This document shows positions 1 to 11,268 of a DNA stretch of 20,000 nucleotides, piece after piece (position 1 is the stretch's first letter; each line of letters starts with the position of its first letter). The position numbers and the translations under genes were made by a program. Location: positions 46,210 to 66,209 of the forward strand of contig CAJNYD010000596.1 in the NCBI GenBank assembly GCA_905331295.1, read 5' to 3'. The DNA comes from Rotaria socialis (lineage: Eukaryota). The notes under the pieces were generated by a model, which was given only the letters and a program-made list of their open reading frames with translations, searched no databases and was not told where the DNA came from.

Positions 1-13
1 ATTCATGATTTAG

Positions 14-793
<780 letters not shown>

Positions 794-1941
794 GAAAAAT
801 TCTACTCTAATAGCTCCGCACAGCATTCATACTGATTGATAGATTGTTATCGTAAAGAAGAGAATTAGAAATAGCGATTAAACTGTTGCTAAAACGAGAC
901 TTGTCTATCTTTCTTTAAAATTTAGTTTCAAACCTGATACGCCAAAATACGAAGCAATCCAATAGTGCATAAATGATGTCACTAAACGACATATCATTAG
1001 AACTCTCCTTGAAGGACGATGGTTTGTTCAACATAAGAAATGAATATTGTACAATCGAGAAAAGTAATTCACATCAACTATTCTCTGTATATGAAATCAT
1101 GATTTTGTATCTATAAGAAAGTTTCTGATTAAGATTGCTTTTTAGGGCTGATGATTCATGTGAGAAGTATTTCACTTTGTTTATCTTTCTCTAGCAGAAA
1201 TCGAAATAGGAAGTAGTGAAATCATTGAATTTCTTGTTCCATTTCATATAAATTAAAAGATAAATTCCATAGAATCATAGAATATTTAACAAGAATCTTT
1301 CATTCCAATGAGAACATTTTTCTTCTTCTTCTTGTCTCTCACTTTCAAGCAGCAATGAATCTCACACATTTCTATTCACGAGAGACTATAAAATAAGATT
1401 GCTTAGGAAATTTCTAATTTCTCAATCATAATGCATAAGACAAGTGAATCATGCAATTTTTAAAAGTACTCTGTTTAAGAAGCTCTTCCATTTACTCGAT
1501 AATATAGACATTCGAAAAAACCAATTTCATCAATTAGCAATGATGCATACAGTAATCACTTTTTCTATTTGTACATTTCCTCAACAAATTCACACATATG
1601 GCACTACTATCAATAGCTCCGAGCATCATCATTGAGAGAGAAATCTGACAAATAGTTCTCTTCGTTTTCTCCTCTTAGTTGCGCACTACTTGATCCATAC
1701 ATTCAATAGTACAGATACATAGCTTATTTCTTTTTTTCTTCTTTCTTGAATGCGTGCACGCTTTCTTAAGTTTGATTAGAACGCATGATTACATGCATTT
1801 TTGATAGGCGGGAAATCGACAAAAAGAACAGTAGCACCTGGTTTGTTCACCCAATCGAATATATTTGTCTTATGTATACATATATTTGTCAAAAGTGCAG
1901 AAAAGAAGAGAAGAAGAAAAAAAACGAACGAAAATGCAAAG

Positions 1942-4094
1942 TTAATCAATGTCACTTCCACTGCATCCATTTTTTGTCGATGTTGATGCCATGAACATTG
2001 GATAGCTTTCTTCATAATTTTTAAGCATTTCATTTAAATACGATTGAAATACATCGACAGCAGCCATTATAGCTGGTGTACCGAAACCGTGTGTTAAAAG
2101 AGAAAAAAATAGCAATGATCGTTGCACGGATGGATCGAGAATCGTCGGAAAATTTTGATGAGAAATCAATGATGAATTAGATGTATGTCGAGAAGTAGCA
2201 CTATTTGGTGATGCAAAATTTACAGGCGATCGATCTTGTTTGAGCAACTCACTAAATTCTTGAACTAATTGCCTAAAATGATTCAGAAAAATCAAATAAG
2301 AATTTTTTTTTCGAAATTCATAATTAAAAATTTTTACTTGGCAGCTAAAATCATATTTCGACGTGAGCTTATTTCATTCGGATCTGAATAATGTCTTGCT
2401 ACATAATGAGCAGTCGTTTTAGTCGGAAATTCCGCTTCACATAAACTACGAAAATCAATAGCTAATTGGTTTGCTTCACCTGAAACGAATAAAATGCTGT
2501 TTCATTGAATATTTAAAATAGATTGCGATCTCACCTTCGACAAGAGAAGTAAATAATGTTGTTGTCGATGTTTTACGACGGCCCGCTTGTAGTGTTACAC
2601 CAATTTTTTCCAATTTATTACGTAGATCTCGACCACCATTTTTCGATTTAGCTCTAAAATAGAGGTTTAATAATTGAATTAATATCACGGAAATAAAAAA
2701 TCAGTGTAACAATGATGTTAAAAATACTAATTGAATTCGTGTCCAATTTACCGTCTTAAAACGCCACCAAGCAACGATGCATTGAGATTTTCAGGTTGAC
2801 CAAGACGTCGTTGAATTTCACTTATTGTTACTTTATATTTTGATGATTGACTTAAAAGTGATAATCGACCAGGTACTAATTACATATAAATGTTAGAAAG
2901 AAAAAAATGAATTGAATATTAAAAATATTTTTTTATTGTACCTTGGCAAAAAAAATCTGTTGGTGAAATCGAACCATTACCATTAACAGAACACATTGAA
3001 GAATATGAACTCGATTCACGAGATCGATCCGAACGTCGACCATCTATAAAATAGTTTTAATAGATATTGGAAAAAAAAACTAATTTTCTAATCATACCTC
3101 TACTCGCTGATGATCTATGATAAGATGAATCATCGGTTTGTAACTCATCGCTACCATTAAGAATCTAGAAAAGAAATTATTTTTCCAATAGAATTAAATT
3201 CTTCAATATAAATGACAAATTTTTTCTGTCTATGATTAAGGTTTGGTTCGATGCATCACATCAAAACTCTCTTATCATAGAAAAAAAATAAATAAAAGAA
3301 TTGCTAACTTACACGAGATGTATTATCGACAAGTGAACTGGATGAAGTCTGATGATGTTGAGCATGACGAGAATAAAGTTCAGCTGCTTGTTGATGATGA
3401 ACGTCAAGAATCGATTGATGATGACGTGCAGCAGTCGTTGCGACATAAGCACTGGCATACGGATCATACGATGATGTATTAAATGTATTATTGCTTGTAT
3501 TTGCATGATGATGATGCATACCTGTTGTTGCATTTGCATAGGACGATGACGATCCTGAGGAACCGTTTACTGTACCATAATTAAATGTTGGATAATGTTC
3601 CATAGCACTTGTTGCTGCATGTATATCGAATTGAGCTACAAATGTTGGATTAAATGGTGGTGGAAAATATGGAAACGATGGATCAGTAATGGTGCCCGTA
3701 CGAGAACTTGTCGATGTACTGAATGGACCACCGCCAACCGATGATGGCGATGATGATGATGATGAACCATATTTTATATCCTGTAAATCAAAAGAAAAAT
3801 TCATTGATATATATGCAATGAATAAGGTATTGAAAAAACAAGCTACTACTACTACTGAATGGTTAATTTAATGAGCTGTATGTCAAAGAAAATAATGCGA
3901 GTCTGTATTTTGACAATACATAAATGAATAAATAAGCAAGTTTTTTTCCTCTCTTAACCTTGTTGTGCCTAAAGGCTGTTGGAATAGTATAAGAAAACAG
4001 TCAAAAAGCAAAAGACACAAAAAAGAAAACGACTTACATCGGTCTGCACACCACTGCCACCGCCTGAATCAATTAGATCAAATGCAGATGGCAT
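1942..4094 (-). CDS. TFAP2: Transcription factor AP-2 (TFAP2 family); 8 coding exons: 4094-4038, 3780-3313, 3164-3098, 3043-2942, 2875-2752, 2653-2535, 2479-2338, 2272-1942 (1410 nt, 469 aa)
   Basis: All seven introns are GT-AG (257, 148, 54, 66, 98, 55, 65 nt) and in phase. The spliced product has the PY activation motif (PYFPPPF), the basic region [73 protein letters not shown], and the helix-span-helix [15 protein letters not shown]...CEAEFP...[25 protein letters not shown]...[16 protein letters not shown]. The first exon ([19 protein letters not shown]|gtaagt) is less certain than the rest. Confidence 0.96.
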
Positions 4095-4499
4095 ACAATG
4101 ATGTTGTTGAACTTTTTTTTCTTTTTCGTTCTCAAGATCCTGCGGCTGTTCGACAACTGATAATGAGTTGACAACAATAAATACCCGAAGCAACAAAAAA
4201 ATGCACAGATGAAGAAATTATGTGAATGTAGTAAAATAGGCAATGAAGAAAAAAAAAGAATAATGACAATCGACTTCGTTTTTTTTTTTCTTCTTCTTCT
4301 TCTTCTTCTGTAACTAATAGCCAAAATTGGAAGAAAAAAAATCTACGAATATTAATAGGAAAGAAAAATAATCGTATGCACAATATCAATTTTATAAATA
4401 GACATATACAAATTCCATTTTTCAAACAAAATTTTATATGTATGTATACTGAGCTAAGTGTACTTCTATTTTCTATGTAGGTTCGTTCTCTGTTTTCGA

Positions 4500-4701
4500 C
4501 CAATCATGCCCTGCGGCATCAAATAAACTCATACAAGCCAATCGGCAAAATTTCCTGCGCTCTCGAGCATTGACGATTGGGTAAACGGTTCTTTTTTTTT
4601 TCTTTCCTTTTTTTTCTTCTTTTTTTTTACGAACAAGTAAACAAAAGAATTGCTATTACTAATAAACTCATCCTATAATCGATCAACACCAATGTGGGCG
4701 G
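4500..4701 (-). promoter_or_regulatory. Putative proximal promoter of AP-2: CCAAT boxes, GC box, AP-2-type palindrome
   Basis: CCAAT at 4500-4504, 4538-4542 and 4689-4693; ATTGG at 4576-4580; TGACG at 4571-4575; GGGCGG at 4696-4701; ATGCC-N4-GGCAT palindrome at 4506-4519. All cluster 400-600 nt upstream of the ATG at 4094 in otherwise AT-rich DNA. Confidence 0.5.
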
Positions 4702-5598
4702 AACTATAATAGACTTATTCGTTCTTCCGTCATCTTTTCCTTTTTTTGTTATCGAAATGATCTACTATTACGCTTCTATCATTATCAATTCCGGTTATTA
4801 GTAGTAACAAATGGCAATGAGGGGAGAAAAAAGAAAGTAGTTCGCAACTAAACCAATATCCGGTGCAGCAATCAGCATCCCCCAAAAAAAACATATAAAA
4901 ATACAATACTATCGGAAACGTGAAATATTGAAGCTCTCTAAAGGATAACAACATTCTCATTGGGATATATATGGCAAAAAAAACAAATGCACAGTATATA
5001 AAGAAAAGGATACTTTTTTAAAAGTACATAACAACGATGTTTGAATCGATACAATTTTACTTCTCAGCTTAAATCATTTCTAGAGTTCGCTTCTATCTTG
5101 AATAGACAGTACACTATCATGTAATATATCAAAATACGATTAAGATTTTATTGATTGTTTAACGAACCTTGACATAATATCACGCTCGGTGACATCTTCA
5201 CTAGTCCCTTGCTTTTATTAATGTAACACATTAAGGGAGATGATTTTCACGCCTAGGAAAAACACATTTTCTTAAGATAGATAGTTTTATTGACAAAAAA
5301 AAGAAAGAAATAAGAAATAGACATTCAGCTATGTAGTTTATCGACTTTCTATCAAAACACCCTCTAGCGTCATAGAATTCAAAGAAAGTGTCGTAGATTA
5401 TTATCTATATAACAACGTGCTATTGACAAGTTAAGTTCAATATGTAAATCTTCTTCATTAATAAAACAGAATTCTTTTTATTTTATTTTTATATTCATTT
5501 TGAAGATCATATGTCAACATCAAACCATATTAAAAGAAAGAAATTCAGTTCCGCATACGGTTTTTTATTTGCATTTTAAAACATTGAATTAAACTCAC

Positions 5599-5622
5599 CT
5601 GGTGATATGGCAAAAGAACCAT
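5599..5622 (-). CDS. TFAP2: Probable alternative first coding exon of the AP-2 gene (MVLLPYHQ)
   Basis: Minus strand reads TAA AAA AAA ATG GTT CTT TTG CCA TAT CAC CAG|GTGAGT: in-frame upstream stop, A-rich start context, and a perfect phase-0 donor compatible with the phase-0 acceptor at 3780. Confidence 0.55.
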
Positions 5623-6423
5623 TTTTTTTTATTGCTGCTGTTGCGTGTATACGTAATGAATATTTGTGATGTAGCAGCTATAGACACTATACGTTTAGAG
5701 AAATATAAATGCATTCTTCTTCTTCTTATTATTATTATTATTATTCTCTATTCATATCGATATGCTCTGATTGGTCAAGATATCTTATTGACATTAATGA
5801 TTCTTTCTTTCCTTTTCTCTCTCTCTCTCGCTTTTCTCCTATTGGAAATAATATCAAGTTTGTTTATAGTTCATTATCATTAATGATGAGTTGAACGAAT
5901 TCTTTCTTTCGTTTTTTTTTCTCTTTGAGGAAATACAGCTGTTATTCATGTTTGAAATTCAGCGAAATATAATGCTGGGAAAAGATTATCAATCATTGCC
6001 TCCTCCCGATCAATAAGCACTCCTTTCACTTGTCGAGTATCTCATTCAAACTAGTAGCTACTGGTGCATATTATATGCCGACTTTGCTCATACACTTTTT
6101 CACATCCTAATCATTGTCGTCGAGAATAAGTGGCTCTCTCTCTCCGTTTTCTTCTTGATAATGTAATCTCATATTTGATATTAAAAAGAATAGGTCGAAC
6201 CACTTCATGGCGACAAAAAAAATTGCTTTCTTTTTAATTGAATGGACTTATATTGTTGAAGAAAACGAATCTATGGACTTCATGGTTGATTGAAAAATAA
6301 AAATCAATCGTCTCTCTCATATAATAATGATGTGTGAAATGTAATCATCGATAGTGAGGAATATATTATTGTTATTTAAGGCAAAACACCTTTTCTACAC
6401 TATCTAAACAAGAGCTCGTGTCT

Positions 6424-6450
6424 GAGAGAGAGAGAGCGAGAGAGTGAGCG
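6424..6450. repeat. Imperfect (GA)n microsatellite
   Basis: gagagagagagagcgagagagtgagcg read directly. Confidence 0.8.
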
Positions 6451-8473
6451 AAATAAAATAATAGTTTAAATCAACAATCAAAACTAAATGATTTTGTTTT
6501 TATTTAAGAAAAAAACTAAAATAATCACTCAAATACACATTCGATTAGCTATGCTCCACCCACCGTTATTGGCGTCAGTCGAAAGCTTTCGGAAATAGAT
6601 TCAAAAAAACAAAAACAAATAAACGTTGACATATTTTGCCAATTTAGCTCAAAAACATTCTTTACACGAGGGGTAATTAGAGAGGGTAGATACAGATAGT
6701 ATTTATCCTGCTGTGCACATGCCAGCTCACATTCTCTTCTACGTTTGATCTTGAAGAAATGTGACATCATATATATGATTATGTCGTTTTGCCTTTTAAT
6801 CAAATCAAATTGGTCGTATATACACATGTATTGACTTTTCGATCAACAAGTATCTTGCTGCGATGTATCAATGCGGCGCATACTATCATTCTTTTGATAA
6901 TACATATGTATATGTAATGAGTTCTTCTCAAGTATTTTGACTCTTATGTTACAAGAAAACATTTTTCTCTCTCCCCTTGATGGCTAATTGATAATCTTAC
7001 TGCGAAATCTAAATAGAAATGAATTTAACTTTGTTTTATCAGATCGAATAAAATAATCGATTGTATTGACTGACCTATCACCAGATATTATTCTATATTT
7101 TCGATCATACGAGTTAATTCATGCATGAAATTGTACGTGTGTATATGTGTGATTATAGAAGACAATAAAAAGAAAAGAAAGACACAAGGAAATGAAACCT
7201 ATAATAGTTTATATTAAATGTTCACATGCGGACGAATAAATATCGTTTTCTAATGATTCGATATTCTTTTTGTATCTCTAATCTCTATTCAGAATTTTGT
7301 TTTTGAAAGAAAAAAATACAAGCAGATCGATGCCGTCGCTTCAATGATATATACGCGTATACATCTGGAGCACTTGATAGACTTCCTTTTCTTATTACTC
7401 TCTGATATGAACGAAACAAATTATTCTTTACAAGTTAATGTGAAATAATAAACATCGATTTGTTTTAGTACTCATATTCAATTGCACAATATGCCTTTTG
7501 TTCTAGATAATGAATAATTTCTTTAAAGAAAATAATTCATACGATACAGTTCTTGATTTTCTGTCTCGATTCCGTTGCATCAATTCAATCTAATGATTGA
7601 ATGGAAATTTTCAATATTTTCTTTAGTCAAAAATATATTTTTTAGAAGAATGTCATTTTTTTTTCATCGGCCATACAACAGTATTTGAAGGTATTTTAAA
7701 CCCTATGGATTTAAATGTCTGCTGGTGCACCATAATGATTCGATCTGATGCTAACATTCGATGATCTATTTGGAAAAAGTCATATTTTATCAGCTATTAA
7801 GAATTATCGGGATTCTTCAGTTAACTGCGCAACATACTCATCAGAGTAAATACCTGCGTTTTGTTTTTTGTGAAAGACACAGGGTGTCTCAACTATTTTT
7901 CTTAGTTTTTCGAAAAGAATTATTTGATAGTAATTGTTAATATTCAAATCAATAGAATTAGATTTTAGTTTATTTTCGTCAAATTCAAATATTCATTTTC
8001 AATTGCACGAAAATATCGGCCGTAAAATTGGTTGTAGAAGATTTTACTATGTTACTTTTGGACATGAATTCACACACAAATGATATAGTTTGATCGTACA
8101 TCGAATCAGTTTCGTTTAACAGTAACTTTTTAAGGATTTATTTAAAAATATTCATGCATCTGGTTTTTGTATATTTGAGCACAAGAATTATCTTGGCAAA
8201 CTAAACTTTCTGCTTTCTTTCTATCGACAACTACAAGATTGCTTCACATTGCACGGACTAAATAGTGAATAATTTTTCACATTTCCATTATCTCATCATC
8301 TATTACAGTAATAAAGATAATGTAGAACAACGTATTATACTTCTAAAATCAAAATATTAAAAATTTTGTTTGCGTGACTTTACGCGAATTTCAAGGTTAG
8401 ATATAGAATTTTTCATATATTGATGAAATAAACACACATACGTGAAGTAGAATCAATTGATCGCAGATATCAT

Positions 8474-8491
8474 TATATATATATATATATA
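8474..8491. repeat. (TA)n microsatellite just downstream of the 901-aa ORF
   Basis: (TA)9 read directly. Confidence 0.85.
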
Positions 8492-8562
8492 CGTATATCA
8501 CATCAAAATGAAATGTACTATTCATATGTCTATATTGGTTGATGATATAAAAACTAATGAAA

Positions 8563-11268
8563 TCAAGGTTTTGAAGAGATTCTGTTCGGATCAACACCGA
8601 GTTTTTTCGCTCGAGATCGTGCTGCTTTAGATCTTGATTTCACCATTGGAATAAAAAGAATAGAGAGAATTTCGATGTCTGCAGGATTCTGTAGGCGCCA
8701 TTCAATTTTTTCAATCTCATCATTCGCTTTAGCAGTATAAGATTTAACTGTTGATGGAAAGGCACGATAAGATTCACTCTTGACAGCACATTCTATTACA
8801 GGAAAAAGACATTCATCATCGTACGTGAATGTTACAGCATAGCATGGATCCGAACAATAATGAATACTTGGACTGATGAATATGGCGTTGCAAAAATCGG
8901 CGACACCAAATGCTGAGATACCTCGAGCAATATGATTACTGGGAGGGATGACACGCAATCCACTCGAGACTACAGTACTTGGCATTACGAATCCATCCAT
9001 AAGGATTGAACGAATAACTTGAATCTTCGTTCCATGATAAGCGATATGCGGAAACACACGGGCATTGTGTTCACGAATTTTAAGACAGCGACAAGGCACA
9101 GGATCTTGACGTGATATGAGTGGTTTACCAAGAGTATTCTGAAGAAACATGTCGCCAGGAAGACTGAGTAGAGAGGGAATAATTTCTATAGTTTTTATGA
9201 ATGCGTGAACGCCATCAATCAAAGGTAAACTTGTGTCTCGACTATTAGAAGTAAACCAATATGCTGAAGATTGAGTCCAAGTGTATAGTTGTGCAGTAGT
9301 TTCACCAGTAAAGGTTACCGTTGGCATTTTATTGAGACGATTTTCATGATTACTATATCGTGTTTTGAACATACCAATACATCCTTCTAAATAAAAGGAC
9401 TGAAAATCTGGTGGAAAAATGTAATTAACATAGAGAGTTACACTATTCTCCACACATTCAGGCGGAAAAATAAATGATAAGTTTTTTATTTTGATAGTTT
9501 GTGACTCATCTTTTATAGGTCTAATTTTAATTTTTGCCGTTTCAGAGATCTCGTCGAACTTTTTGTGAAACTCACGTACACTAAGATAAGGAAGTTCGGG
9601 GCCCATAACATGACCACTATGAGTATATCGTGCTGATTCATGAGCCGTAACACAGAGTGGCAATTCAATAAATTTTGTTTTTCCGTATCGAGCACGACAT
9701 ACCGTTGAAACCACTGGGATATCATCGGTGTTAATATTTAACGGACGTCGAGCCATTGAAAAGTGTGTATAGATCTTGCGTAATCTTTCGGGCATAGACT
9801 CTATAAGTTCAGCAAATGTGGCATTACAGGGTAACTGTAATTTGACTAATGGTTCATTTCCATAACTAGTACCATCTCCGAAAAGGTGCACAGAAATAAA
9901 TCTATTTTCTTTCATGTTTTGTCGGTATTGCTGTAAGAGTTTTTTCATGTCATCCGATCGGGCTTCTTCGAAGACAGTAGCACCATATTTATTCCGAAGG
10001 TTTACATCTGCACCATAATTCAATAGTAATTCAACAGTAGATATATGTCCATGATAAACTGCACCATGCAAAGATGTGCTTAGCGATCCATCACGAATTC
10101 GCATATTGATATTAGCACCGTGCTCCAAAAGCCATTGGGCTACAGCTGTTTTACCATAGCGACAAGCAACATAGAGTATGGTTACACCAGCAGTATTCGT
10201 CGCATCGGGCGACTTATCACCGAAATGATATTGAAACCACCAATCGACACCCTCTGCCGCCATTTTGAACATGTCTTCGTTGCGTATCGATTCAAAGATC
10301 CTTTTTACCGATTCTCCTTGAATAGAACCTTCTTGTTCAGCGGTCATACCCCATCTATTAGTGAGCGATGGATTGGCACCATTATCGAGAAGATATTTGA
10401 TGATAGAACGACTTTTAGCATGTGCCGCCAAATGTAAAGCTGAATTTAAGTTGATATCAACAACGTCTAGATTGCACTTTTTTTTTGCCACGAGCCACTT
10501 AACAAGATCTTTATGACCTTTTTTACTAGCACAATGTAATAACGTTTGCGATAGGGTATGATATTGATAATCTGGATGCGGGAGATTTTCGGCATTGATC
10601 TTGAACCAATCAAGCTGATCTGCTGCTGCTTGCACGTAAGGATCTTTTTTCAATTCGGTAAAAGAATTCCTGACAGCGCTATTCAAAGCCTCATCTTCAG
10701 CTAGATTACCATATGCATTTCGCTGACAATAGTTAGCTCCACTTTCTAGTAAGCATAGAACCACATCTGGATGTCCATAGAAAGAAGCAACGTGCAATGC
10801 AGTGCTTTTTGATCGTTGTTTGAGATCTGGATCTGCACCGCATTCCGTTAAATAGCGAACTGCTTTCACATTACCAGCACGGGCAGCACAATAGAGGGGC
10901 GTCTGGCCAGTTTCGGGATGCTGAGAATTGATTTCTCTCAGTGTTGCATTTTGACAACGATTCTCCAATAGAGAGAAAAGATTAGGTTCAGCGACTATTT
11001 GCTGTAGTGTGTAATGCTCGACAGGAATATGAAATTCCCATTTCTTTGTTTGCTCATACCTTTTTCGTTTATCAGGGTTTGATAACGTTTCGTAGGCGCG
11101 GCATACGAGTCGAAAAGTTTCGATAGAGATCGTTTGTTGTCCAGCTGGTTGCAATTGATCCTGTTTGAATTCTAGGATTTTTTGACGAAAAATGTTAGTT
11201 AAATTTTTGTCTACATCCGTCTCATGAATACAGAGTACTTGATATGGCGTACGGTTTGTCGTTTCCAT
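8563..11268 (-). CDS. Single-exon 901-aa multidomain protein: J-like domain, ankyrin repeats, ubiquitin-like and ZU5-like regions, C-terminal NEURL4/PARP-like ADP-ribosyltransferase-fold domain
   Basis: Uninterrupted 2706-nt ORF. aa7-75 J-domain pattern (TPYQVLCI...FRLVCRAYETLSNPDKRKRYE). aa120-448 ankyrin repeats (GQTPLYCAARAGN, STALHVASFYGH, QTLLHCASKKGH, NSALHLAA, GVTILYVACRYGK, STSLHGAVYHGH). aa~725-875 ART motifs: AYHGT...IRSILMDG, AIFISPSIHY...YA, KIEWR. The ubiquitin-like and ZU5-like calls rest on pattern recognition only. Confidence 0.93.
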   Translation of the reverse strand: METTNRTPYQVLCIHETDVDKNLTNIFRQKILEFKQDQLQPAGQQTISIETFRLVCRAYETLSNPDKRKRYEQTKKWEFHIPVEHYTLQQIVAEPNLFSLLENRCQNATLREINSQHPETGQTPLYCAARAGNVKAVRYLTECGADPDLKQRSKSTALHVASFYGHPDVVLCLLESGANYCQRNAYGNLAEDEALNSAVRNSFTELKKDPYVQAAADQLDWFKINAENLPHPDYQYHTLSQTLLHCASKKGHKDLVKWLVAKKKCNLDVVDINLNSALHLAAHAKSRSIIKYLLDNGANPSLTNRWGMTAEQEGSIQGESVKRIFESIRNEDMFKMAAEGVDWWFQYHFGDKSPDATNTAGVTILYVACRYGKTAVAQWLLEHGANINMRIRDGSLSTSLHGAVYHGHISTVELLLNYGADVNLRNKYGATVFEEARSDDMKKLLQQYRQNMKENRFISVHLFGDGTSYGNEPLVKLQLPCNATFAELIESMPERLRKIYTHFSMARRPLNINTDDIPVVSTVCRARYGKTKFIELPLCVTAHESARYTHSGHVMGPELPYLSVREFHKKFDEISETAKIKIRPIKDESQTIKIKNLSFIFPPECVENSVTLYVNYIFPPDFQSFYLEGCIGMFKTRYSNHENRLNKMPTVTFTGETTAQLYTWTQSSAYWFTSNSRDTSLPLIDGVHAFIKTIEIIPSLLSLPGDMFLQNTLGKPLISRQDPVPCRCLKIREHNARVFPHIAYHGTKIQVIRSILMDGFVMPSTVVSSGLRVIPPSNHIARGISAFGVADFCNAIFISPSIHYCSDPCYAVTFTYDDECLFPVIECAVKSESYRAFPSTVKSYTAKANDEIEKIEWRLQNPADIEILSILFIPMVKSRSKAARSRAKKLGVDPNRISSKP

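Noticed and set aside
3243..4503. Several short ORFs overlapping AP-2 exons 1-2 and its 5' region (3243-3482, 3309-3539, 3689-3871, 3965-4171, 4073-4324, 4132-4503)
   Set aside because: Alternate-frame or antisense shadows and low-complexity poly-A/T or (GAA)n translations.
5602..5894. Hydrophobic short ORFs
   Set aside because: Produced by (CTT)n, (ATT)n and (CT)n tracts; no family signature.
7875..8065. CAGGGTGTCTCA resembling a Tc1/mariner end, with GTTACTTTTGGACA downstream
   Set aside because: No complete matching TIR or TA duplication; only a 6-bp hairpin is supported.
9513..10437. Nested ORFs 9513-9725 and 10120-10437
   Set aside because: Shadows of the 901-aa ORF.
10570..10773. HPD tripeptides at aa166-168 and aa231-233 of the 901-aa protein
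   Set aside because: They lie in ankyrin or linker context, not in the J-domain loop, so are treated as coincidental.
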